DNA from: a virus
DNA: 44,288 nt
Direction: 5' to 3' (one strand)
Virus record (IMG/VR): IMGVR_UViG_3300045996_000964
Coordinates: 1 to 44,288 of that record
In this document: piece by piece, positions 9,374 through 16,943 of the stretch
Layout: each line of letters begins with the position of its first letter
How positions within the stretch are numbered: position 1 is the stretch's first letter
Made by a program: the position numbers and the translations under genes
Notes under the pieces: model-generated
Told to the model about the DNA's origin: nothing
Databases searched by the model: none
The model's input: only the letters and a program-made list of their open reading frames with translations

Positions 9374-9799
9374 TTAACTGTCGTTGCGCTGCTTCGATTT
9401 CCGCCAGGCGCTGTTCCTTATCTTCCGGTTCTGAAGCTCCATACTCGTTGTTCGATCGGATGCCTCGGCGACGTCCTCCAGGGCCTTGATGACCCGGTCG
9501 TATTGTTCGCTGGACCGGTCTAGCTCGACTACCCGTTCAGCGACCTCCGTAAGGTGTTCAGCTTCCTCCTGACCCGGACCTGCAAGCAGGCCTGCGGGAC
9601 CGCTGGAGCTGGTTGCGTCTTTCATGTATCCCTGGTCTACAAACTCACTACCTGCCATATCGACCCACCCGGCCTGCCGAGGGAGACCGGCTTCTTCGGC
9701 AATATCCTCGAGGTTGTAGTAGTTTCGCCCGTCGCTCTCAGTCTTGCGAGCTAGCGCAACAAGTAAGTCGTCGCGGAACTGCCGGTAACTAGCGGCCAT
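9374..9799 (-). CDS. hypothetical protein (141 aa), reverse-strand accessory gene
   Basis: AGGAGGG lies 5 nt upstream of ATG 9799, with stop TAA at 9374-9376. The composition is natural and charged/helical. Hand-counted GC is lower than the backbone (about 53% on one 60-nt line). Confidence 0.6.
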   Translation of the reverse strand: MAASYRQFRDDLLVALARKTESDGRNYYNLEDIAEEAGLPRQAGWVDMAGSEFVDQGYMKDATSSSGPAGLLAGPGQEEAEHLTEVAERVVELDRSSEQYDRVIKALEDVAEASDRTTSMELQNRKIRNSAWRKSKQRNDS

Positions 9800-10277
9800 G
9801 GGCTTCCCTCCTAGCTCTGTCACCTGGCTCCAACCTCATTGTTGATAGCGCATCGTAAGACCCCATACCTCCTGATCCCCCTCCCCCTGGTCTCCCTCGG
9901 GGGCTCCGCCCCTCCGGTCGCCCAGGGGCACCCCGGATGTTTTGGGTCGCACACCCAACCGGTCATCCGCAAGGGCATCGCCGACCATTTCCCCCCGTGG
10001 GGGCGCCCGCCCGCGTGCCCAAGGAAAACCGCGCCTGCCACCCGCCCGCGCGTGACGAACGCAACACCACACGCAACGCGGCAGGCTGAACCCGCAGAAA
10101 GCCTAGGATTGCGACAGACTAAGGATCTGCCGACATCGCACGTGACCACGCGCCAGCGTCAAGCACGCACGCCAGCACGCGGTAGACCGCACGCGCAATG
10201 CTGGCCAGTCGACCGTTTCATCCCCTGTATCTGTGTTCCGAAGGCTGGCCACCCGACGTTGCCGCCCGATGGCAGAC

Positions 10278-10362
10278 CGCAAGCCCGGCCGCACGCCACC
10301 CGCGCACGCGCACGCGAGGCCAAGCCGCAAGCCCGACCGCCAGCGGAGCGGCAAGCCCGACC
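10278..10362 (+). repeat. three copies of GCAAGCCCG(G/A)CC within 85 bp
   Basis: Copies lie at 10278-10290, 10325-10338 and 10349-10362, inside an A+C-rich, T-poor stretch with no convincing ORF. Confidence 0.55.
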
Positions 10363-10585
10363 ACAAGGGGCCACGATAGGGCTTGACAGGCTGGCCGCGC
10401 CGCGCGCTTGCCCACAAGGGAACGCTAACGAAGCCAGAGAGGCAACCGCGTGTGCACGCAGGCACACGTTGCGCGCGCCCGCGGGTAAATGCGTCGAGGT
10501 TGCGACATGGTGCGACAACGGTCAACCTCAAAGCCGCATAAAGCATGGCCGAAAACAGAAAAATGTCGCGCCATAAAAATAGGTC

Positions 10586-10614
10586 TCGACAAACAATCCA
10601 TCTCGGCATACATT
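10586..10614 (+). promoter_or_regulatory. sigma70-like promoter candidate (TCGACA-N17-TACATT) in the only AT-rich patch of the ORF-poor region
   Basis: The -35 element is at 10586-10591 and the -10 at 10609-10614. A-tracts (ccataaaaatagg) lie just upstream, and the element overlaps a motif-B-like caaacaatccatc. Confidence 0.25.
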
Positions 10615-10980
10615 CCACATCGTCAACATCAAGACGACGCGGTTGACCCGACCGGGAAGACAACCGGGCGGACGGGGCCTTCCCAGAGCTGGCGATGCCA
10701 GCCCGACATGCCCGCAAGGGGTCGCGACGAAGGCCTTGCCAGTGGGCGCCGTGCGATGGCGCTCCGGTGCAGATGAGACGCACGGTCTCAAGCCAGTCTG
10801 TAGGGGCCATCAGGTACCCAGGGCTGGAGGGTTAAAATCCCTTAGACCGTGGCAGCGCTGCCCAGCTTAACCGTAAGTCCGCTGCTAGGGGCGGACTAGG
10901 CCATCGCGAAAGGTGCCATCATGGGCCAAGTAGCGACGTCGGACGAAGGCCATGGGCGCACCGGATAGGCGGGCGCTGAT

Positions 10981-11325
10981 GTGGCGCAACCTAGCAACAG
11001 ACACCCTACGGCAACCCGCAACGCTCGCCAGTTCGGCCGGCCGCAAGGCCTCGCCACAAACGCCAGCTGCGCGGGTTGCCGCAAGGTTGTCTCAATCTGG
11101 TCACCAGTGCCGCCCACACCGGGACGGCGGGCATCGAAGCGCGAGCGCGTCAAGTTCGCCATTGGTGGCCAGATTGAGCCAACCTTTCGGACAACCACCA
11201 TGCTCTGCCCTGAACCAATCCAGCCGCGCCGCTGGCGCAACGTCTGCACCTTCTGGCGCTTCGTTACAAGCCCGACAACTTCGCTGGTCGCGATGTTCGC
11301 CATCGTGGCCATTGCTGCGCTCTGA
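10981..11325 (+). CDS. possible early ORF (GTG start, 114 aa, C-terminal TM segment)
   Basis: GC3 is high, and its TGA (11323-11325) is the TGA of motif B copy 11322, a pattern seen for several real genes. The R/P/T-rich composition and lack of a clear SD keep this doubtful. Confidence 0.2.
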   Translation: MAQPSNRHPTATRNARQFGRPQGLATNASCAGCRKVVSIWSPVPPTPGRRASKRERVKFAIGGQIEPTFRTTTMLCPEPIQPRRWRNVCTFWRFVTSPTTSLVAMFAIVAIAAL

Positions 11326-11335
11326 TCTATCCACA
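11322..11335 (+). promoter_or_regulatory. motif B copy (ctgatctATCCACa)
   Basis: 24 nt upstream of ATG 11358. Confidence 0.4.
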
Positions 11336-11357
11336 AGGTCAACTCTTGGAGTTCGTC

Positions 11358-11501
11358 ATGAATGAGCATCCGGTCGCGACTGCCAACGCCAACGCTCGCG
11401 AGGCGTGGGCCGAAGAAATCCGCCAGCTGGCCATTGTCGAGCTTCGGCAGGCTGAGCGCCGCGCCGCCTTCACTGGTCGCCGCTTGAAGACCACCAACTA
11501 G
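11358..11501 (+). CDS. hypothetical early protein (47 aa)
   Basis: TGGAG SD lies 8 nt upstream. Sequence: MNEHPVATANANAREAWAEEIRQLAIVELRQAERRAAFTGRRLKTTN. Confidence 0.5.
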   Translation: MNEHPVATANANAREAWAEEIRQLAIVELRQAERRAAFTGRRLKTTN

Positions 11502-11513
11502 GAGTGCGCCACC

Positions 11514-11663
11514 ATGGCCACCAACATTCTCTCCACCTATCCAGCCGCTCGCCGCACCAACGTCGCCCGCAACATTCTGGCCTCGGTCTTCAGCTGCCCG
11601 ATCACTTGGGCGCTCGCCTCGGCCGCCATGTGGGCGCCGTTCCTCATGTACTTCGTCAGTTGA
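11514..11663 (+). CDS. hypothetical small membrane protein (49 aa)
   Basis: GGAG lies 9 nt upstream of ATG 11514. A hydrophobic segment is present (ILASVFSCPITWALASAAMWAPFLMYFV). Confidence 0.5.
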   Translation: MATNILSTYPAARRTNVARNILASVFSCPITWALASAAMWAPFLMYFVS

Positions 11664-11717
11664 CCTATCGCCTCGGGCCATCTGCGGGTGGCTCGCACGA
11701 TGGGCCAATTCTGCGTC

Positions 11718-11731
11718 CTGATCAATCCACC
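11718..11731 (+). promoter_or_regulatory. motif B copy (ctgatcaATCCACc)
   Basis: 20 nt upstream of ATG 11750. Confidence 0.4.
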
Positions 11732-11749
11732 CTGTCGAAAGGTGACGCC

Positions 11750-12460
11750 ATGGAACGCTACCCTGGCAAGCTCCTGAACCTGGACGCCAACGCGAAGACC
11801 GTGAAGGGCCAGAAGAAGGGTTTCAAGACCGCCATCCTCTACTTGGCGCCCGTCAAATTGTCGGGCTTCCAGGTCTGCCCGATGGCTAGCAATGGCTGCG
11901 CCGCCGCGTGCCTCAACACTGCCGGCCGGGCTGGCGTCTTCAAGGCGATCGAGAAGGCGCGCATTGCGAAGACGCAGTTCTACTTCAGCAACCGCGAGGC
12001 CTTCATGGCTCAGCTGGTCAGCGAGATTTCGCGCTTCGTCGCCAAGACCCGCCGCGAGGGCTTCGAGCCTGTGGTCCGCCTCAACGGCACGTCGGATATT
12101 CTGTGGGAGCGCGTCACGGTCAACGGCGCGCCCAACATCATGAGCCTGTTTCCTGACGTGACCTTCTACGACTACACCAAGCACATCCCCAGCAAGCGCG
12201 CCAATCTGCCAGCCAACTACAGCCTGACCTACAGCTACTCGGATGATCCGGCCGCGCTGGTCCGCTCCGCCGAGGCTCTGTCGCTGGGCTGGAATGTCGC
12301 CGTGGTGTTCCGCAATGCCCTGCCGCACGACTTCCTGGGCCGCCTCGTGGTCAACGGCGACGAGAGCGATCTGCGCTTCGCAGACGAGCGCGGCGTGGTC
12401 GTCGGGCTCAAGGCCAAGGGCAAGGCCAAGACCGACACTTCAGGCTTCGTCGTCGGCTGA
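11750..12460 (+). CDS. conserved early phage protein with a Cys cluster (CPMASNGCAAAC); possibly GP88-like family
   Basis: 236 aa with a well-formed ORF and high GC3. The family assignment is from memory only. Confidence 0.7.
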   Translation: MERYPGKLLNLDANAKTVKGQKKGFKTAILYLAPVKLSGFQVCPMASNGCAAACLNTAGRAGVFKAIEKARIAKTQFYFSNREAFMAQLVSEISRFVAKTRREGFEPVVRLNGTSDILWERVTVNGAPNIMSLFPDVTFYDYTKHIPSKRANLPANYSLTYSYSDDPAALVRSAEALSLGWNVAVVFRNALPHDFLGRLVVNGDESDLRFADERGVVVGLKAKGKAKTDTSGFVVG

Positions 12461-12470
12461 TCAATCCACC
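12457..12470 (+). promoter_or_regulatory. motif B copy (ctgatcaATCCACc); its TGA is the stop codon of the preceding gene
   Basis: 20 nt upstream of ATG 12489. Confidence 0.4.
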
Positions 12471-12488
12471 TTGTCAGGAGTTGCCAAC

Positions 12489-12773
12489 ATGGACGCCTAC
12501 ACCAACGCCTTCGCCACGCTGATCCGCGAGACCGTGACCGATCGCATCGTGGGCGAGAGCCGCGCCGGCTACCCCTTGGGGACCACCAATCGGTCCTTCG
12601 ACGCGATCACCGCCGAGCTGATCATGGCCAATTGGGATCGCCTCGCCGCCGGCCCCGGCACGATCGGCCAGCTGGTCGACCGTATGTGCGGCGTCGAGAA
12701 GCGCCCGGAGTACCGCCCCGAGGGCGCCCGCACGTGGCGCACCGCCTCGGGCCACCGTCGTGGCCGCCGCTAG
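12489..12773 (+). CDS. hypothetical early protein (94 aa)
   Basis: CAGGAG SD is present; ATG 12489 to TAG 12771-12773. Confidence 0.6.
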   Translation: MDAYTNAFATLIRETVTDRIVGESRAGYPLGTTNRSFDAITAELIMANWDRLAAGPGTIGQLVDRMCGVEKRPEYRPEGARTWRTASGHRRGRR

Positions 12774-12784
12774 GGGAGGATCAC

Positions 12785-12970
12785 ATGCTGTTCCATCCTG
12801 TCGCCTACTACCTGCGCCACGCGGCCGAGGCCTTGGAGCGCGCCATTCGCGAGCGCGCCGCCGGCCGGCCCTGCCACCCGCCGCTGAGCACCGCCGCCGC
12901 CTACCTACGGGTCGCCATCAAGGCCCGCGCCTGGGCGGCCGACGATTGGGCCACCTTCCACCGGTTCTAG
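12785..12970 (+). CDS. hypothetical early protein (61 aa)
   Basis: GGGGAGGA SD lies 5 nt upstream of ATG 12785. Confidence 0.55.
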   Translation: MLFHPVAYYLRHAAEALERAIRERAAGRPCHPPLSTAAAYLRVAIKARAWAADDWATFHRF

Positions 12971-13042
12971 AGCACCGAAGGCCGAGCGCCGCGAGTGAGA
13001 CGCGACGCTTCCCTTTGAGGCTCACCCGCTCAGGAGATCACC

Positions 13043-13237
13043 ATGAGCATCCGCGTCCGCTACCTGCCCACCAATGACGCTTGGTGCGTCGTGGTCGGAG
13101 GCACCGACATCCTGACGCTCGACCGCTTCCAGCGCGGCAAGCGCCTGTTCAGCACCCGCGAGGAACTGGTCGAGGCGCTCGACATCTGCGGGCTCGGCGT
13201 CCGCGACAACGGCACCGTCTACAGCGTGGAGGCCTGA
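13043..13237 (+). CDS. hypothetical early protein (64 aa)
   Basis: CAGGAGA SD lies upstream of ATG 13043. Confidence 0.6.
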   Translation: MSIRVRYLPTNDAWCVVVGGTDILTLDRFQRGKRLFSTREELVEALDICGLGVRDNGTVYSVEA

Positions 13238-13239
13238 GC

Positions 13240-13515
13240 ATGGAAGCCTTCGAGGTTCACATCCTGGTCCGCGAGGGCAACACCGTGGTCTGGCGCCCGG
13301 TCAGGCCGAGCGGCGCGGCCGAGCCCTACCGCTACCGCACCCGCGACTGCGCGAGCTACTGCAACTCGCACCAGTTCGTGCCGCAGGGCTGGTGCATCGT
13401 CGAGGTCGAGGCCGAGCCGAACATGCCCCTCATGTGCCCGCGCCAGCGCCGGCTCGCTGACCCGTCCGTCCGGGACTGGTGGTTCACCCCGCGCACCACA
13501 ACCCCGGAGGCCTGA
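13240..13515 (+). CDS. hypothetical early protein (91 aa)
   Basis: GGAGG lies 9 nt upstream of ATG 13240, and the gene follows the previous stop directly. Confidence 0.6.
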   Translation: MEAFEVHILVREGNTVVWRPVRPSGAAEPYRYRTRDCASYCNSHQFVPQGWCIVEVEAEPNMPLMCPRQRRLADPSVRDWWFTPRTTTPEA

Positions 13516-13517
13516 CC

Positions 13518-13715
13518 TTGGCTGACGTCGCTGTTCACGACCATGGCTCGATCGTGATCCTGGTCCCGCTCACCGATGCCGCTGGCGACTTCTTCGACGA
13601 GCGCCTGCCCGATGATTGCCCGATGTGGGGCGCAGGGTACGCCGTCGAACGCCGCTACGCCGCGGACATCCTGGAGGGGCTCAACGAGGAAGGGCTGGAG
13701 TTCGAGGTCTCATGA
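13518..13715 (+). CDS. hypothetical early protein (65 aa; TTG start, with GTG 13479 as an alternative)
   Basis: GGAGG lies 7 nt upstream of TTG 13518. The protein is acidic. Confidence 0.5.
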   Translation: MADVAVHDHGSIVILVPLTDAAGDFFDERLPDDCPMWGAGYAVERRYAADILEGLNEEGLEFEVS

Positions 13716-13843
13716 ACAAGCGCACCACCTGGCGACGCAACCCGGTCGCTCGTGCGCTGCGGGTAGCCAAGCCGAAGGTGGTCCGCAGCCGCGTCAAGTA
13801 CACCCGCAAAGCCAAGCAGAAGGAGCGCGCCGCATGTCGCTGA
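13712..13843 (+). CDS. very basic 43-aa peptide, possibly ArfA-like (alternative ribosome rescue factor)
   Basis: ATGA overlap with the upstream stop. The sequence MNKRTTWRRNPVARALRVAKPKVVRSRVKYTRKAKQKERAACR contains N-P-V-A-R-A-L ... K-V-V ... Y-T-R-K-A-K, recalling the ArfA pattern NAxxALxxxPLFRxRVxxxKKGKGSYxRKxK. Confidence 0.45.
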   Translation: MNKRTTWRRNPVARALRVAKPKVVRSRVKYTRKAKQKERAACR

Positions 13844-13935
13844 CCATGGAGCTGCACGATCGCTGCCTGATCCACGCCGACAAGATGGAAGGCGAGGGCT
13901 TGATCCGCGCGATCGGGGCGCCCTCGTCCGCGTAA
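13834..13935 (+). CDS. hypothetical peptide (33 aa)
   Basis: AAGGAG lies 8 nt upstream of ATG 13834. It is the last ORF of the early + strand operon. Confidence 0.35.
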   Translation: MSLTMELHDRCLIHADKMEGEGLIRAIGAPSSA

Positions 13936-13950
13936 TAACCCTCGTCCCAT

Positions 13951-14559
13951 TCAGTCCCCCACGTTGAGGATCGTAACTACCCCCGTCATCACGCAATCGT
14001 AGTCGGGGTGGATGTTCATTGCGACCAGCGTACTGCCGCCGTCGACCGTCAGCACCTCTCCGGTCGGCGCGAGGGCGGAACCTCCAAACGCCCCCCCAAG
14101 CTCCGGTCCCGAGTTGGTGATCCCGCCGATCGCCTGCTCGCCCGCGGGCAGGTCGAACAAGTTGAAGCGCGTCGGGTCGATGGCCTGCGTTATAGCCCAG
14201 CCATCTACGTCGCTGCGGATGAGCAACCGCGAGCGCGGCAAGCCCGAAGCGGGTGAGGGAAAGCACCGCGCGACCACTTCAAGCGGGCCATTCTTCCCGA
14301 CCACGATATCGGGATCACCTACTATCATGGCGACGGAGAACGGAGTTTCAAAAGCCGATGCGCCAATCGTCACCTGCTCGCTCCCGCGGGGACATTCCGA
14401 GCGTAGAGGTTCGTCGCCAAGCTGGAGCTGTACAAGCCGACCATTTCGCAGGCAACCGGTCAGTTGGTCTTCAGCCTTTGCGTCATGGCAATAAAAGGTG
14501 ACGGCCGCCAGACAGCAGGAAACAGCTAAGTCTAAGACCCGGCGAGTAGTCATTGCCAT
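13951..14559 (-). CDS. secreted hypothetical protein (202 aa) with Sec-type signal peptide
   Basis: GGGAG lies 5 nt upstream of ATG 14559. The N-terminus MAMTTRRVLDLAVSCCLAAVTFYCHDAKA-EDQ is signal-peptide-like, and the mature part looks beta-rich. Confidence 0.65.
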   Translation of the reverse strand: MAMTTRRVLDLAVSCCLAAVTFYCHDAKAEDQLTGCLRNGRLVQLQLGDEPLRSECPRGSEQVTIGASAFETPFSVAMIVGDPDIVVGKNGPLEVVARCFPSPASGLPRSRLLIRSDVDGWAITQAIDPTRFNLFDLPAGEQAIGGITNSGPELGGAFGGSALAPTGEVLTVDGGSTLVAMNIHPDYDCVMTGVVTILNVGD

Positions 14560-15181
14560 GTGCTCCCAGCTAATGGCCAGACGTTGGTTACAACCGCTCG
14601 TCAGCTTGGCATAAAGTCTAAACTGGGATTCCCCCCGTTTGCGGCTTCCGAAGCCCAATCATTGCATTTTACGCCCCCTGCCGCAAGACTTCATCTCGCC
14701 GATCCCCTACCAGGGCTACAACACGGTGCTCGGCTACATGGCCACGCACTTCCCCGCCGAGCTGGACCTGATGGACCTCTCGCCCGAGGTCACCAATGCG
14801 GGATGGCTGGGCGCTCAATCACCACTGCGCGAGGGTCGGCCGGCCGGTCTACAAGGTCGAGGCCCCGCGGTTCCTCCAGGAGGAGGGCGTCCAGGAGGTA
14901 ACGCCTACCCGAAGGGAGCTGCTGTCGGCGCATCCGAGGCTGAGGCAGCCTGAGAATGTTGCAAGAAGGCCACAACCGTGGCTATTACACAACAGCCCGA
15001 CCGCCACCTATTGGGGCACAACAGGGGCTGACCACATAATGCGCGATGCCTAATAGTTGGGCATTTTGGGGGGTGACGGGGTAAAGTGACGGCATACGGC
15101 CTGGTGGAACAGTTCCCCCTTGCCAACCGGCGAGGGAACCACCACCTTCCCGCAATAAGCTGCACCCCGGAGGTACAGACG

Positions 15182-15526
15182 ATGAAGAACGGCACCATGC
15201 CACTGTGGAAGATGTTCCAGGCGGTCGAGGAGTTCCGCAAGCTGGATCAGGAGCTGCCGACGCAGACCGCGAACACCTTCCTCTACATCACGCTGCATGA
15301 GGGCTGCACGCTGAAGGACATAGCCGAAGCCCTCGGCGTGGCTCAGTCGACGATGTCAAGGAACGTCTCGGCGCTGAGCAAGATGCACCGACTACGAAAG
15401 CCAGGGCTCGACCTGGTGAAGGCTACCGAGGACCCCTACGAGCGGCGGCGGAAGATCGTGACGCTCACGCCCAGGGGCAGGCAACTCAAAGATCGCCTGC
15501 TGGCGATCGCAGCGGATGGGAAGTGA
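15182..15526 (+). CDS. MarR/winged-helix-type transcriptional regulator (114 aa)
   Basis: GGAGG SD is present. An HTH-like segment (CTLKDIAEALGVAQSTMSRNVSAL) is followed by a wing-like DPYERRRKIVTLTPRG, as in MarR-family proteins. Confidence 0.6.
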   Translation: MKNGTMPLWKMFQAVEEFRKLDQELPTQTANTFLYITLHEGCTLKDIAEALGVAQSTMSRNVSALSKMHRLRKPGLDLVKATEDPYERRRKIVTLTPRGRQLKDRLLAIAADGK

Positions 15527-15529
15527 CAG

Positions 15530-15949
15530 ATGTTCACCTGGTACAAGGAGATCCGCAAGCTCGGCGCTGTATTCGCTGAGTTCCCTACTGAACCGGGGCG
15601 GCGGTTCATGGATGCCTACCGTGAGGATGGCGAGCTGTTCCTGTGGGTCGGCCGCTTCCACATGATCTGCTCCAGTGCCCGGCGCATCGCGCGTCAGGGC
15701 ATAAGCATGGCGGCAGCGGTTCTCGGCTTAATGTGGACAGAGACGGGCGCGATCAGCCTCGCTCTGCCCTCCATCCCGAAAGCATCTGCCGCCGCCCTCG
15801 TGGCCATGACCGCCGCGGGCGCGGCCGTCTCCGACGAGAGCCTGACCACCCCAGTACCGGTCGTGGAGAGCGCCACATGGCTGCTGTCGCCAGCCTCCGA
15901 CTTCCCCGTGGTATTCGTGCCCGAGGAGACAGCTTCCTTGTCTCAGTAG
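15530..15949 (+). CDS. hypothetical protein (139 aa) with a hydrophobic central segment
   Basis: The ATG is 4 nt after the regulator stop. It overlaps the integrase start by 73 nt. Confidence 0.4.
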   Translation: MFTWYKEIRKLGAVFAEFPTEPGRRFMDAYREDGELFLWVGRFHMICSSARRIARQGISMAAAVLGLMWTETGAISLALPSIPKASAAALVAMTAAGAAVSDESLTTPVPVVESATWLLSPASDFPVVFVPEETASLSQ

Positions 15950-16899
15950 GAGCGGGGCCAACCCGCCAGACCGCCACCTGTCACTCCCTCGAAGAGGCCC
16001 TCGCGAAGCAGCGGGAGCTGAAGGCTGGCGTGCCTTCGGCCCCCGCCGCCGAGGTCTGGACCCTCCAGCGGGCGTTCGACACCACCTGCCGGGTAGCCTG
16101 GGCTGACACCCGAGGTGAGCAAACCGCCAAGGTCAACGCACAGTCGGCGCTCGACCACTTCGGCCCGGAGACCACGCTCGATCGCATCACGACCGACGCG
16201 CTCGACGAGTACGTGCAGGCTCTCAAGGACGAGGGGCTGGCCAACGGCACCATCAACCGGAAGCTGGCCGCCCTGTCTAAGGTCCTGACCGTGGCCGTCG
16301 ACCGCCGAGGCGTGGCCTTTAAGCCGAAGCTGCCCCGCCTGCGGGAGGGTGTCGGCCGCATCCGATACCTCACGGCCGACGAGGAGCGCACCCTGCTCGG
16401 GCTCCTGACGCAGTGGTCCATGCCGGATCACGTCGATGCCATCACCGTGCTGGTCGACACCGGGCTCCGGGTCGGCGAGCTGTTCCGCCTCACCGTGCGT
16501 GACGTCGACCAGAAGCAGCGCCTGCTCCACGTGTGGGAGAACAAGGCCGACCACCCTCGATCGGTGCCGCTGACCAAGCGGGCCTACGAGGTGATCAAGC
16601 GGCGCATGCACCGCGCTGCCTACGGTGGCCCCAACCTGTTCCCCCACGACCACGACTGGCTGCGGCGCCCGTGGGACCGGGCGAAGGTCACCATGGGGCT
16701 CGGCGAGGACAAGCAGTTCGTGCCGCACGCCCTCCGCCACACCTGCGCCAGCCGCCTGGTCCAGCGCAGCGTGCCTCTCAAGGTGGTCCAGGAATGGATG
16801 GGCCACAAGACGATCCAGGTAACCATGCGCTACGCGCACCTGTCACCGACCAACCTGCTCGCCGCCGTAGAGGCACTTGAGGGCTCCGATGGCGTCTAA
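15877..16899 (+). CDS. int: tyrosine recombinase / phage integrase (340 aa)
   Basis: Catalytic signature DTGLRVGEL (Arg I), HALRHTCASRL (H-x-x-R) and MRYAHL (Tyr). GGAGAG lies upstream of ATG 15877, and the ORF is open from 15643. Confidence 0.9.
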   Translation: MAAVASLRLPRGIRARGDSFLVSVGAGPTRQTATCHSLEEALAKQRELKAGVPSAPAAEVWTLQRAFDTTCRVAWADTRGEQTAKVNAQSALDHFGPETTLDRITTDALDEYVQALKDEGLANGTINRKLAALSKVLTVAVDRRGVAFKPKLPRLREGVGRIRYLTADEERTLLGLLTQWSMPDHVDAITVLVDTGLRVGELFRLTVRDVDQKQRLLHVWENKADHPRSVPLTKRAYEVIKRRMHRAAYGGPNLFPHDHDWLRRPWDRAKVTMGLGEDKQFVPHALRHTCASRLVQRSVPLKVVQEWMGHKTIQVTMRYAHLSPTNLLAAVEALEGSDGV

Positions 16900-16943
16900 G
16901 CGCCGACCCGCGCGCACCGATTGCAGTCCTCACACGCAAGGAC

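Noticed and set aside
9155-9523. + strand ORF of 122 aa over the polypyrimidine tract
   Set aside because: The product is S/P/L-rich and derives from the C/T tract, with no SD. It overlaps the better-supported minus-strand gene 9374..9799.
10229-10237. atctgtgtt, resembling the T7 concatemer-junction pause/termination signal ATCTGTT
   Set aside because: It is not an exact match because it has one extra base. It is a single short occurrence with high chance expectation.
9839-10810. ORFs 9839..10576 (+), 10103..10810 (-) and their neighbours in the ORF-poor region
   Set aside because: The predicted proteins are dominated by R/P/A/C, lack SD sequences and overlap each other on both strands. 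They are best explained by skewed base composition rather than coding.
10789-10898. tRNA-like or sRNA-like cluster of stem-loops (GGGTTAAAATCCC resembles a T arm)
   Set aside because: No acceptor, D or anticodon arms can be drawn and the T-loop lacks the conserved C56. I kept it only as part of the ORF-poor region finding.
10896-11708. 270-aa minus-strand ORF spanning the start of the early operon, including a lipobox-like LLLGC near its C-terminus
   Set aside because: Its 5' half is antisense to two well-supported + strand small genes with strong SDs. Third-position GC is low compared with real genes here, and there is no convincing start or SD for the lipoprotein-like tail.
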